DNA of 64,000 nucleotides from assembly GCF_030867145.1 (NCBI RefSeq), contig NC_134414.1, forward strand, positions 22,742,810-22,806,809, written 5' to 3'. This document shows, piece by piece, positions 12,238 through 24,597 of this stretch (the first letter of the stretch is position 1; every line of letters starts with the position of its first letter). Source of the DNA: Opisthocomus hoazin (Eukaryota). The translations under genes and the position numbers were made by a program. The notes below the pieces were generated by a model. It saw nothing but the letters and a program-made list of their open reading frames with translations. It did no database searches and was not told the DNA's origin.

Positions 12238-14589
12238 GTTAGTGGTTTTCCTGTCTGGTAAATGGGTTAGTTTACTAGAAGGGACCCATCCTCTAAGCAG
12301 TCGGAGAAGACAATGGTATTTGTTGGAGAGTTGGACATGCAAGTTAGCATTCTAGCTGCGATCAGGAAAGTACTAGCAAGCAGATCTCCTGACCGTCCCT
12401 ACTTAGCATGTATTTGCTCACGTGTAAGAGCAGACTTGGGGGACATGGATTGATTTCCTTCCAGGGAAAACTGGTCTGCGAGCTGCTTACAATGCAGATG
12501 TCATTCTTAGCACCAGCAGTTTTGCTCTGCAAAAATGCTTCCTGTTCTGCTCTCCTTGCTAACGTAAAGACTATACCATCTTTTAAGATTTGCCATAAAA
12601 CCACTTAGTTGCAAGATGCAGTACAGGAAGTCCCAAGTAACTTTCAGAAACTCAGCGTTGGCAGTTTCTCAACACGTGGCAGATATGTGGCATAATGATA
12701 CTAGTGCTTGCTGTGTGCCCTGGGACCCATTGCTTAGGCCAGTCGTTTATATACTGAATTTTGAACTGTTCTCTTGTTCTCCATCTGTGTTTGGTTTTCT
12801 GAAATGTGAGTGAACAGATAAATCTACAAAACAGAGTAATTTGAGGAAATAAGTTACTTCTTTCAAAAATTGTGTCGGCACAATTTGTGCAGTGCTTTGA
12901 TCTTTGTTCATTGTTGAGTGTAAATGGTAATAAAAGATGAAGAGCAGAGATAGCAGTATTGGAAAAGAAAGAAACTGACCTAAGAAGTTGACAGAGGAAG
13001 AAGCAGATGTGGAAAATACTGCTGCAAAAAGGTGCGCCTTAATCTAGGACACCAGATAATATTAGCATAGAAAAAAGATGAAGGAAGTTGCATTTTTTTG
13101 TTTTGCTTGGTGTTTGTTTTTTCATTTGTTTGGTTCTTGATTTTTTATTTGTTGTTTTTTTTTAACCCCAGAGTCATACAAATGTGTGCTCCCCTGACAA
13201 TTTCCTGTCCAGTAACCTGTGAATTCGCTAGGTGCTCTTAATGTGACTTGACAGAGTATCACAGAATCTGAGCATTTTAAGTCCATAACAAATTCTGTGG
13301 AAAAAGTAGTTACCAGAGAAATTCTCCTAATGCTCATACTGAAGTTAGTATAGTCTGTGCTCACCATTTATTAGACGTCAATTAATTCATATGGAGAGAG
13401 AAACACCTCACATTTATCACCATTGTGTGATGTTTGAGCTTTTCCAGACACTTAAGTTGGAGTATCTCTCACATATATACTAGGAGAACAACATCCTAAG
13501 AGATTAAATGATCATAGAGTTACTTGATGTGATTGTTTTTATCAGTAGTATGCTAAAATACACATTTTGTGCAATAGTGGATCTGTCTGGAGTATGGGAA
13601 ACATAATTTAAAGTTTCATACAGGGAAACTCATTCTCCCCTGCTAGTAGGGTTAGTTGTCAGACAAATAATGTTTGATAAATTTTTCAAATCCTTTTCAG
13701 GCAGCTGTGGTTTGTTGGGATTTTCTGTTTGCATTTAGTTTAAGGAGCATTCTCAAGCAGCTTAAAGACATCTCTTCTGGATCTATCTAGCTCTAGTGAT
13801 CCAGAACTGTCCCAGCTCCTTCTTTGTTTTTTGGCTGGAGGTATCAGCCTCTACTGATCTAGTGAAGTGGCTGTTGGTAGGTGCTTTTCCTGGTCTGGCT
13901 AAGACAGACTAGCTGACTCATCACATCATTGGAGATGGTGATCAAGGGTGATCCGAAAGAGTTAATGTACCTATAGCTGAAATCTTTCAAGTCATTCAGA
14001 CCTTTTACTCAGATACCATCTTTCCTGCTGGAAATGTCCAGGAGTCATCTTGCATCTGTTGTGGACACTGCAGTTCCTAAAAACTTACAAGCACAGCCCT
14101 GCGTACATACTCAGAATGTTTCAGATGCCAGATTCTTTGTACCATGTTTTGCCCACAATCAGTTGTAGTTCAAAGATGGGCAGAGATGGCAGTGCTTTAG
14201 GGCGCTGCAAATCTGTTTGCTGTGCACTGATCAGTCATGCAGGTGGCATTGGATCTAGATGTTGTTATCCACTCTTTGCAGGAAGTTTTGTGGTGTAAAA
14301 TACTCTTGTAGGAATTGAGTTGTGGCGCTTCTAAAACCTTCTGACCTATCCACTACCTTTGGTGAATAGCTTCAGCTTCAGCAAGAGAAACTTGCACTTT
14401 GGATCCCAAATCAGGGGAGGTACCTGCAGTACAAAGGATTTGGATGCTTAGTCAGAACTACTGTCTTACATAAGGTCATCTCCTGGGTAGCTTTAGGCCG
14501 TTCCCTGATCTTTATGCATTATGACTGAATAACTATACAGCAGTGCTTAGCATACCTGTTCTTAAGGGTACGAGTCTTAATCTCTCTAA

Positions 14590-15720
14590 TTTGCTTTTTA
14601 GAAGCTTCCTCTCTCCCATAACATCCTCCTAGGGAAGCTCAGGAAGTGTGGGCTGGATGAGTGGTCAGTAAGGTGGATTGAGAACGACTGAATGGCAGAG
14701 CTCAGAGGGTTGTCATCAGCAGCGCTGAGTCTAGTTGGAGGCCTGTAACTAGTGTTATCCCCAAGGAGTCAGTACTTGGCCCAATCTTGTTTAACTTCTT
14801 CATCAATGACCTGGATGAAGAGTTAAAGTGTACCCTCAGCAAGTTTGCTGATGACACAAAACTGGGAGGAGTGGTGGATACACCAGAGGGCTGTACTGCC
14901 ATTCAGCGAGACCTGGACAGGCTGGAGAGTTGGGCAGAGAGGAACCTGATGAAATTCAACCAAGGGCAAGTGTGCAGGGTCCTGCACCTGGGGAGGAACA
15001 ACCCCATGCATCAGTATTGGGGCTGACCTGCTGGAGAGCAGCTCTGCGGAGAGGGACCTGGGAGTGCTGGTGGATGACAGGTTGGCCATGAGTCAGCAGT
15101 GTGCCCTTGTTGCCAAGAAGGCCAATGGGATCCTGGGGTGCATGAAGAGGAGTGTGGCCAGTAGGCTGAGGGAGGTTCTCCCTCTACTCTGCCCTAGTGG
15201 AGCCCCATCTGGAGTACTGTGTCCAGTGCTGGGCTCCCCAGTTCAAGAAAGATGAGCTGCTGGAGAGAGTCCAGAGGAGGGCTGCCAAGACGGTTAGGGG
15301 ACTGGAGCATCTGTCCTACGAGGAAAGGCTGAGGGAGCTGGGCTTGTTTAGCCTGGAGAAGGCTGAGAGGGGACCTTATAAATGCCTGTAAATATCTTAA
15401 GGATGGATGTCAGGAGGATGGGACCAGACTCTTTTCAGTGGTGCACAGCGACACAAGACAAGGGGCAATGGGCACAGACTGAAGCAGAGGAAGTTCCAGC
15501 TGAACATGAGGAAGAGCTTCTTTACTCTGAGGGTGACGGAGCACTGGAACAGGCTGCCCAGAGATGTTGTAGATTCTCCTTCTCTGGAGATATTCAAGAC
15601 CCACCTGGACAGAGTCCTGTGCAGCCTGCTCAAGGTGACCCAGCTTCGGCAGGGGGTTGGACTAAATGATGCCCAGAGGTCCCTTCCAACCCCTAACATT
15701 CTGTGATTCTCTGATGTCTC
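14590..15720 (+). mobile_element. CR1 LINE fragment, about 1.1 kb of ORF2 (RT palm and thumb plus C-terminus) and the 3'UTR. Multiple frameshifts and stops.
   Basis: FADDTKLGG is the RT YxDD-type box. Also [52 protein letters not shown] and the tail ccaacccctaacattctgtgattctctg. Highly similar to 19260-20395. Confidence 0.9.
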
Positions 15721-16296
15721 TGTTAAATAGAGGGAATGCATACTCTGAATTAGCTACTTAAATTCAGGTGACTGCTTTGTAAGCAGTGAGACAGCCTTTT
15801 GTTTGCAGGGTAGCTTAAGGGATGTAGTTGAAAAGAGCGGATTTAACCAGAAAGCAAACAGGTAACTAGTTTGAAACAATTGTGAGTAGACTTCTCAGTT
15901 TAAAAGCTATTTGCAGTAATGTTATCATGATTAATGCAACATAAACCTAATCATGTGCCTGATAAAATTGGTTGGAGTCACTTGGAGAGTGTTTGACGAT
16001 ATGTTTTATGTCTTACTTGGGTTCAGCAGAGCTAGTGTTCATAAGCCATGTTGTAAATCCATGCCACTTCTACATTCGGAGATACTCACAGAAGAAAGAA
16101 GCAGGGGTTTTGGAGAAGAAATTGGAAAACTTCTGTTGTAACGAGAGTTCATATGTCTTGCCTTCAGATGTTTTGGAACTAGGTAAATTATTAATTTCGA
16201 AAGGTCTGTGTTAGCTTAAAATACTGTCTTGCAGTATGTCTTCCTTAGTACAATATTCTCTTTTTTTTCTCCTCCCTTCTCCCACCCTTTACATAG

Positions 16297-16507
16297 TAAA
16301 GCAGTCCTTATATGTTCTGGAATCTACAGTTAATGGTTTTTGGGAAGCAATGTACACGTTGTTCAGTAAAGTAGACTTTAGTGAAATCATAGGAACAAAA
16401 ACTGCAGAAGTAAAAAAGACTGTAGTTATTCTCAACCTCAACAAATTGAGTGCTTACAGTAACCAGCAGTTGAAACACCTGGCTGTAAACTTGTTTGCGA
16501 GTATAAG
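16297..16507 (+). CDS. RNF17: Candidate extra RNF17 exon (VKQSLYVLESTVNGFWEAMYTLFSKVDFSEIIGTKTAEVKKTVVILNLNKLSAYSNQQLKHLAVNLFAS..). The donor is ambiguous: 16500 gives phase 1, 16507 gives phase 2.
   Basis: Long polypyrimidine acceptor (ctcctcccttctcccaccctttacatag). About 70 stop-free codons in AT-rich DNA. The entry phase fits exon 12160. Only the weaker GTATAA donor at 16500 keeps the phase into exon 17103. Confidence 0.35.
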
Positions 16508-17102
16508 GTAGTAATTATTAACTGATAGTTCTTTTTCAGTATACTAATGTTAATGACTAGCCTTGTTCTTTCATTACTTCAGCATATCAGCTTTCTCTCA
16601 TGCAAGCAACATTTCTTTCAAGTGGATAGATTTTTTTTTTTTAAAGTTTACTAACTGGGTAGAAACCATTCTGGAAGTAAAAACGAAAGACAGTAATGCA
16701 TTGCTTCATCATTAAATTTATTTTCTAGCCATCGCATTGTCAATGTTACTTCTAGAAGGTGTTTAGAAAACTCATAAAAAGTATGTAATAGGCCTCAACT
16801 TCAGTGTTTTTTTGCAACTTTTACTAAGATGTGTAGAAAGCTTGCCAGAAATTACTTCCTAATAGAAGCCAATCACCTCCCACCCTTACAGGCATAGTGT
16901 AAATGCATGTGGGTAGAAAGCCTCCGGTGGCTATTGAGACAAGATTTTTAATTTGTGTCTTTGTTTTAGCAGTAGCTCTCTTATTGCCTGTGTGGAAGAT
17001 AGGCAGCAATGAAACATTATGCAGAACTGTACTAATACTTCCAGTGTGAAATATCTACAAATACTGAATTTAGTCTGTCTTTTTTTCATTTCCTTCTTAT
17101 AG

Positions 17103-17292
17103 GTGCTAGAATTTTTATTAAGAACAAGGAAACTGGAATGTGGTGCCGTGGAACCATCACTGAACTAATTCCCCGAAAAAGTAAAAATGTGAGGAAGCAC
17201 TGTAGTCCAATAAAATACAAAGTTCGTGATACTGCACTGCTGGAAGTATTCCTCATTGATTTTGGGAGCTCTGTAGTTCTAATTTTGTCAGG
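17103..17292 (+). CDS. RNF17: RNF17 exon, Tudor domain 1 core (GARIFIKNKETGMWCRGTITELIPRKSKNVRKHCSPIKYKVRDTALLEVFLIDFGSSVVLILS)
   Basis: Tudor core pattern C.A.F...G.WYRG.I ... V.F.D.G. Acceptor ttccttcttatag|g and donor g|gtatgt. Confidence 0.8.
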
Positions 17293-17736
17293 GTATGTTT
17301 ACAGAGAGGTTTTTATCTGCAATTGTTGTCCTTGACTATTGTTACTCAATAGGATCTCTATAAGGAATAAGTCCTCCATCAGCTTCACACAAGCAGATAA
17401 CCAGACATCCATATGACACTAATGTTCTGTACGTATGTATTTCACACAGGAAAAGTGGCAGTGTATGTAAGTACACAAGTGTAGAAGCCTTCACACATTA
17501 AACTGTTTAATTTAGACTTGTATTGCAAAATAGAGCACGTGAGTCCTCAGTGTTAAAAAAAAAAAAAGGCATTTCATTGAGATTTTCTCAATTTATTTCA
17601 GTGACATGACATTATGCCAATTATTGCAATAATGACTTTTATGTTAAGTTTGGGGTTTGGTTTTGGGGGTTGTTTGGTGTTGGTGCTTTTTGCTTTTCTT
17701 CTAAGCTAGTACTGCATTTATTCCCATTGACAATAG

Positions 17737-17902
17737 ATACATTCCTGCAGAAAGGCCTGAACCTGCTACTCTGCAAACGATTGAAACAGATGACATTTGT
17801 TTGTTTGTAAGGAAGCCTGATCGGTGTATTGAGGCAGAACTTGCAGCTGTTCCTCCTTTAGCAGTACGATGTTCATTGAAGGATGTTGTTCCCAAAAATG
17901 CA
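17737..17902 (+). CDS. RNF17: RNF17 exon, Tudor 1 C-terminal part (YIPAERPEPATLQTIETDDICLFVRKPDRCIEAELAAVPPLAVRCSLKDVVPKNA)
   Basis: PPLAVRCSL motif typical after a Tudor core. Acceptor gacaatag|a and donor gca|gtgagt. Phase consistent. Confidence 0.65.
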
Positions 17903-17961
17903 GTGAGTAAAAGGCTGTTTGTGCTATTTCAGGAGATTTTTTTTTCTGCCTGAGGCTTATA

Positions 17962-18415
17962 TTAAAGAACTGTTGGAGTGAGTCGAGAGGAGGGCCACAG
18001 AGATGATCAGAGTAATGGAAAGGCTGAGAGAGTTGGGGTTGTTCAGCCTGGAGAAGAGAAGGCTGCAAGGAGACCTAATAGCAGCCTTTCAGTGCTTAAA
18101 GGGGGCCTGTAAGAAAGCTGGAGAGGGACTTTTTGCAAGGACATGTAGTTATAGGACGAGGGGTAATGCCTTTAAACTAAAAGAGGGTAAATTTAGATTA
18201 GACATAAGGGAGAAATTCTTCACTATGATGATAGTGAGGCACTGGCACACGTTGCCCAGAGAAGCTGTGGGTGTCCCATTCCTGGAAGTGTTCAAGGCCA
18301 GGCTGGATAGGGCTTGAGCAACCTGGTCTAGTGGAAGGTGCCTCTGCCCATGGCAGAGGGTTGGAACTACATGATCTTCAAGGTCCCTTCCAACACAAAC
18401 CATTCTATGATAATT
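17962..18415 (+). mobile_element. CR1 LINE 3' fragment, a different and more diverged subfamily
   Basis: [46 protein letters not shown]...RHWHTLPREAVGVPFLEVFKARLD. Tail ccattctatgataat. Confidence 0.85.
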
Positions 18416-18589
18416 TACAGTGATCTGATTCCGGTATAGACAGAAGGAAACTTGAGAGAAATACAGGATACATTTCATTTTTAAAAGTTGTATCATCTCT
18501 TGCAAAAAGATGGATTGCATTCGTTTCACTGGAAAGGAAATGAGCTTATAGCAGTCTGTCTAAAAAAGCCTCTGGGTTTACAAATACGT

Positions 18590-20395
18590 ATTCACATGGG
18601 CTTCTTCAACTACATCAGCAGCAGAAGGAAGGCTAGGGACAATATGGGGCCGCTGCTGAATGAGGCGGGTGTCCTGGTGACGGAGGGTGCAGAGAAGGCA
18701 GAGCTACTGAATGCCTTTTTTGCTTCAGTCTTCAGTACGAAGGCAGGCCCTCAGGAATCCGAGGCCCCAGAGGTAAGAGAAGCCTACAGAGAGGATGACT
18801 TTCCCTTGGTCGAGGAGGACTGTGTGAAGGATCGCTTAAGCGATCTGGACATCCAGAAATCCATGGGCCCCGATGGAATGCATCCACGAGTGCTGAGGGA
18901 GCTGGCGAATGTCATTGCTGAGCCACTCTCCATCATCTCTGAGAGGTCCTGGAGGACAGGAGAGGTGCCCGAGGACTGGAGAAAGGCCAATGTCACTCCA
19001 AAAAGGGCAAGAAGGAGGACCCAGGGAACTACAGGCCGGTCAGCCTCACCTCCATCCCAGGAAAGGTGATGGAGCAGCTTATCCTGGAGGTCATCAACAA
19101 GCAAGTGGAGGAAAAGAAGGTTATCAGGAGTAGTCAGCATGGATTCACCAAGGGGAAATCATGCATGACCAATCTGATAGCTTTCTACGATGGCATGACT
19201 GGCTGGGTAGATGAAGGGAGAGCCGTGGATGTTGTCTACCTCGACTTCAGCAAGGCTTTCGACACTGTCTCCCATAATATCCTCCTAGGGAAGCTGAGGA
19301 AGTGTGGGCTGGATGAGTGGTCGGTGAAGTGGATAGAGAACTGGCTGAATGGCAGAACTGAGAGGGTTGTCATCAGTGATGCTGAGTCTAGTTGGGAGGC
19401 CTGGAACCAGTGGTGTCCCCCAGGGGTCAGTACTGGGCCCAGTCTTAACTTCTTCATCAACGACCTGGGTGAAGAGTTGGAATGTACCCTCAGCAAGTTT
19501 GCTGATGACACCAAACTGGGAGGTGTGGTAGATACACCAGCAGGCTGTGCTGCCATTCAGCGTGACCTGGACAGGCTGGAAAGTTGGGCAGAGGGGGACC
19601 TGATGAGGTTCAACAAAGGCAAATGCAGGGTCCTGGACCTGGGGAGGAGCAACCCCATGCATCAGTACAAGCTTGGGGCTGACCTGCTGGAGAGCAGCTC
19701 TGTGGAGAGGGACCTGGGTGTCCTGGTGGACGACAGGTTAACCATGAGCCAGCAGTGTGCCCTGGCTGCCAAGAAGGCCAATGGGATCCTGGGGTGCATT
19801 AGGAGGAGTGTGGCCAGCAGGTCGAGGGAGGTTCTCCTTCCCCTCTACACTGCCCTAGTGAGACCTCATCTGGAGTACTCTGTCCAGTTCTGGGCTCCCC
19901 AGTTCAAGAAAGATGAAGAGCTACTGGAGAGAGTCCAGCGGAGGGCTACAAGGATGGTGAGGGGACTGGAACATCTCCCCTACGAGGAGAGGCTGAGGGA
20001 GCTGGGCTTGTTTAGCCTGAAGAAGAGAAGGCTGAGAGGGGACCTTATAAATGCTTACAAATATCTGAAGGGTGGGTGTCAGGAGGATGGGGCCAAACTC
20101 TTTTCAGTGGTGCCCAGCGACAGGACAAGGGGCAATGGGCACAAACTGAAGCAGAGGAAATTCCATCTGAACATGAGGAAGAAATTCTTCCCTCTGAGGG
20201 TGACAGAGCACTGGAACAGGCTGCCCAGGGAGGCTGTGAACTCTCCTCCTCTGGAGATATTCAAGACCTGCCTGGACAAGGTCCTGTGCAGCCTACTGTA
20301 GGTGACCCTGCTTTGGCAGGAGGGTTGAACTAGATGACCCACAGAGGTCCCTTCCAACCCCTACCATTTTGTGATTCTGTGATTTCAAGTTTGAA
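18590..20395 (+). mobile_element. CR1 LINE, 5'-truncated, about 1.8 kb. It covers essentially the whole ORF2 reverse-transcriptase domain and C-terminus. One frameshift near 19060 splits it into ORFs of 193 aa and 411 aa.
   Basis: [136 protein letters not shown]. Tail ccattttgtgattctgtgatttc. Confidence 0.9.
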
Positions 20396-21478
20396 TCTCA
20401 CTGCTCTTACTCTAGACATGTTCTTTTGTCAAATGAAAAAACAAATTACAGAACTGATACTCTTACAGCTATCTAGTAACTTTGTGGAAGTAGTAAGTTT
20501 CAAAAATCATCAAACAGAGAAGAAGGGGCTTCAGAATTCTTACGAGAATCTTCTTCAGGGATTGTCCTTTGATACTTAAATTTTTTTGCCACCTATTGAA
20601 AAGTGCTATTTGTTCTGTTTCAGTACAACAACAAATCAAGTACGGTCAGCCTTTATTCTCTTAGAAAAAGGACATATATTGCAGCATGATTTTCTTCATT
20701 GTTCACTTATTTGTTAGGCTATCTTTATTTTTGCTACTTTCACTTGAGAATGAACTATGTCTAGTGTAGCTATGCACTTCTGACAGCATAGCAGCTGTTT
20801 GGTTTTGGGGTTTTTTAGCAGTCTGGTGGTGTCTGAAACAGCTGTAAATAGGAAAGATCTGGAACAGTTTTTACAGGGGTGGGTAAAATGCCTTCCTTGT
20901 GTATGCTTTCATTTTTTTCCACATCTAGAAAGCAGAGATTTGCAGTATCAAATGAGAAATTCATGAACTTGATCCAAGTGAAAAAGCCTTGACAGGTTTT
21001 TTCAAGGCAGATAAAACATCAAGAAGGATGTTGTGGAGAGGAGGAATGTATAAATTGACCAGCCTATGTTGTATGTTTGTATAAAGACACAAAAAGATAA
21101 GAGTAAACTTTCAGATGAATTGGGAGAGCAGAAATGTAAGTCATGAGATGAAACAGCATGTGACAGTTCAGGTTTATCATTCAGAAGAATCAGAGGAGGA
21201 GAAATATTGATTCTTTAAAAGAAACATGGTTGAAACTGCAGCCCTTTGATCTGACTTAGTTTTATACAGTTAAAAACACGAGTCCATCATAGAAGAATAC
21301 TGTTTAGTGCAGTGCTGGCTATGGACTAGACAGTCTTAACAGTGTGGTCAGTATTTCATCTGTTCAGACGCATCTGTGCTCCCTTCTTTGCTTCTATTTT
21401 GTTTTTAATTACTATTTGTGTTTTTTGTTTTAAAATCCTGTGACATCTTCAGTAACTTTTTCTTTCTTCCTAACACAG

Positions 21479-21669
21479 AGTGAAGGTTGGGGAGAGGAAG
21501 CAAAGACAAAATTTTTAGGGATGGTAAATAATAAAGTTGTTTTGATGGCGATATTTGGAGAAGAGGATGGTGTTCTCATTGTGGATTTGAAAAAACCTCC
21601 ATTTACTAAAATAAGTGATACCATGCCAGTGTCTCTCAAGGATACGTTAGCTTTTTTAGACTTGGCAAG
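21479..21669 (+). CDS. RNF17: RNF17 exon ([63 protein letters not shown])
   Basis: Post-Tudor W..EA..F..V pattern. Acceptor cttcctaacacag|a and donor aag|gtacgt. Confidence 0.7.
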
Positions 21670-22742
21670 GTACGTGTTTTCCTTTTAGTTTATGCATTCA
21701 TGCTGTAAATGATAACAGCATAATATTTACAAAGTGAAGTTTACCAAGCAAGTTGGTTTTGCAGTGTTTGATATATAAATGTGTGATATATTAATCTTAG
21801 CAATATGTGTTTATTTCCTTTTTTCACCTTCACTGATAAGCGCTGTGGCATACTTTTTTGTGCTGGTCAGGGATTTTTTTTGGATAATGAACTTTATGTT
21901 ACAAAATGATAAAATTTAAATTTCTGTACAAGTTTGAATAACGGGAGTGAGAGGAGATGGCCTTATTGTCTGCCAGGAACATAAAAACGTAGAGAAATCA
22001 GCCTTGTATCTGTTTGGTTTGGCTGGTAGGCAGTGACAGGCTAGTCAGCACGTATGAACCAGCCATGTCACGTGATGCATGTAGCGCGACGAGCAGGAGA
22101 AACGACGATAGGGCATAAGGGGGACCTTGATGTTGATGTTAGGACAGAGGAGAGCTGCTTTGGAGGGAGCAGTGCAAGAGGCAGGAGATGGAGAATATGA
22201 GCATTTTAGTGTTTGGGTACAGGGGTACAGTGTGAAAATCTGTAGGAAATTATATTTCATTTGGCTGCACACAAAGAAGAGTCTTTGTTCACATTTGAGC
22301 ATAACTGGTTATGATGGTGAGAACAGTAGGAGATAATTTTTTACTGCATCTGTGTTCCTCGAGTGATAGCGTTTTCTCAGAAGTGAGGAAAAGGAAATCA
22401 AAAAGAAAATGGTTTTGTCAATGTAGTAGATTCTAGCCTTTCACTTTATTTTTTTAACAATTAAAATGTACGCTGCTGTATGGCAAATAACAAAATCTTT
22501 TTGGAGCCAGCTGCCATAAATCTTTCTTCAATTGTTACATATGTGATGGGAGAAGCATTAGAGAGAATTGACTGCACCAACCGCAAGAAGGAAAGCTCAA
22601 GCTATTCATACAGACATGAATCAAGTTATTTTTATAAGACCATTGTGCATTTTTCCTGGGAAACTTGACATTTGAATATAAAAGGGTTCCTCTCACTTAG
22701 TTTTGGCAGAATTTATTCCAAATTTCATTTTGTTTACCTTAG

Positions 22743-22881
22743 GTTCAGATCACAGCTTCCCCGTCAGTTAGAAAATAATACCGTCTTGCAGTATAGTCCA
22801 CCTAAGATACCACAAGAAAGAGAAGAAGTCTGTGTTGTAGTTGGTCACATTAATAGTCCAAGTGATTTCTATCTCCAGCTG
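22743..22881 (+). CDS. RNF17: RNF17 exon, start of extended Tudor 2 (RFRSQLPRQLENNTVLQYSPPKIPQEREEVCVVVGHINSPSDFYLQL)
   Basis: V.VVVGHINSPSDFYLQL is the eTudor N-terminal signature. Acceptor tttaccttag|g and donor ctg|gtaagt. Confidence 0.8.
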
Positions 22882-23244
22882 GTAAGTTTAGAAATAAGCT
22901 ATATTTAAATAAAACTCTGAACAAACATTTTAATGTTGAGCCACTTGTAGTCCACATTAAATAAGCTACGATTTCCATCAACTTCTGTTGCTTGTTACCA
23001 GTTTTAGGATTCCTAGACTTAATAGATTGGATTAATTCCTACAATCCTAGATCAATCCTGGATTAATTCCAGGAATTCTTAGAATTCCAGGAAGTTAACA
23101 TTTTCTTGTCAGTTTTGTTACATGAGTAATTCCTATGTGGGTATGTAGTGGTTTACTGTTTAGAGTGGTGATTGAACAAGGCAATATTCAGCAGTTGCTA
23201 GGCTCTTTAATTCATTTTACATGTTCATAACTACTGTTTAATTT

Positions 23245-23255
23245 GGGGGGGGGGG
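23245..23255. repeat. Homopolymer (G)11
   Basis: Read directly. Confidence 0.9.
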
Positions 23256-23368
23256 AGTCTAGGAGGTATGCTACTATAAAAAATATCCCTTAAAAGAGCA
23301 ATAATAACATCTGAAAATAAAAAAAAAGAACGTCTGGTGTGTATGTATGTTTTGGTCTCTTATTTTAG

Positions 23369-23522
23369 AGTGAGAGCCTGGATTCGTTAGCTCTTACAAA
23401 GAAAATTCAGGAGGTGTATGAACATGAGCATGGGAAAAACTTGGAAATTGTCTGCCCACTTGAAGGCCAAGCCTGTATTGCAAAACAGAAAGATGGGAAT
23501 TGGTGTAGAGCACAGATTATAG
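23369..23522 (+). CDS. RNF17: RNF17 exon, Tudor 2 core (SESLDSLALTKKIQEVYEHEHGKNLEIVCPLEGQACIAKQKDGNWCRAQIIG)
   Basis: G.ACIAK..DGNWCRAQI is the Tudor core. Acceptor tattttag|a and donor g|gtgaag. Confidence 0.8.
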
Positions 23523-24223
23523 GTGAAGTATTGATTCTTTCACTCTAATGCTAGGTTGCAAAATCAGATGTGGTACTAGATCAGAGTCACACCCTGGATA
23601 TGAATGGTAACAAACAGCTGTTATTTTTACTAAGCATTCTTGTACTAACAAGTAGGTTCATAAAGTCAGTAGTACTAATTTGTATTACATTCTTTGCTAT
23701 TAATGGAGTGTTTTATAAATCTATTTTTTTTTAATCGAGAAACCATATACTTAATTTGCTATATATTATTGAAATTCTATAATAGAATTATTTTAATTTG
23801 TATTTCACTGTTACAGCTTGAACTACAGATTTGTCTTTTATAGCCAACCTCTAAAGTGTGACTAGTGTGGGTTAGTAATTCCTCATAGTAATTCCAAAGG
23901 GGGTGTACTTGTGCTGACTTCTGTGTTGCCTGTATAGGCAGTGTAGCATGTCTGTGTGCTGACAGGTCTACTTGGCATGTATTTAATATGCAAGTGTCTC
24001 ATGAAGTGGTTAGCTGGAAGGTGACCAAAATGCTGTCATTTCAGGAACCTGAAAGAGCTGGCTCATAAAGAATATAGGTTTTGAATTGGGTTACAGAAAA
24101 TTTGAAAATGTGATATTTTGTGATTATATGATGTGAATGTGGATTTTACTCTGAAATTCTGGTGCTTTAACCTGAATCAGGTAGTCATGTTTCATTTAAT
24201 AACTTAGGTTGTTTTTCTTAAAG

Positions 24224-24339
24224 GGTTGCCAGGTCATCAAGAAGTTACAGTAAAATATGTTGACTTTGGCAACGTTGCTAACTTAACTCTCGAAGACATA
24301 CGCAGAGTGAAAAAGGAGTTTCTGAGCTTTCCAGAAAAG
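24224..24339 (+). CDS. RNF17: RNF17 exon, Tudor 2 end ([39 protein letters not shown])
   Basis: V.YVDFGN.A is the Tudor beta3-beta4. Acceptor ttttcttaaag|g and donor aag|gtaaat. Confidence 0.8.
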
Positions 24340-24582
24340 GTAAATTAGTGCTTGCTTGCATTAAATACTCAAAATGAATACAATCTCAGTGGATGGAAAG
24401 GGAAAGATAGGATTGTTAGCATTCTGAAGTAAATATAAAGCAAGTTCCTTTTCACATGGCTTTGTAATGTGACTTATATAGTATGTTTTGGGTGCATATT
24501 GAAAATTCTTATTTTTTTATATATATTTCAGTTTTAAATGAAATCTAATGTTACCTTGCGGTGAGGAGGTGCATATACATAG

Positions 24583-24597
24583 TGTGTGTGTGTGTGT
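24583..24597. repeat. (GT)n microsatellite
   Basis: gtgtgtgtgtgtgtgt read directly. Confidence 0.9.

Noticed and set aside
19066-20301. The 411-aa ORF as a cellular reverse transcriptase or telomerase-like gene
   Set aside because: It is the ORF2 of a 5'-truncated CR1 LINE. It has the CR1-specific C-terminal motifs and an (ATTCTGTG)n tail, and a frameshifted continuation lies upstream at 18488..19069.
22045-22336. Overlapping ORFs 22045..22302 on the minus strand and 22127..22336 on the plus strand in a GC-richer patch, considered as an exon
   Set aside because: There are no flanking splice signals in a frame compatible with the neighbouring RNF17 exons, and there is no Tudor-like or linker-like sequence. 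The overlap is most likely chance.
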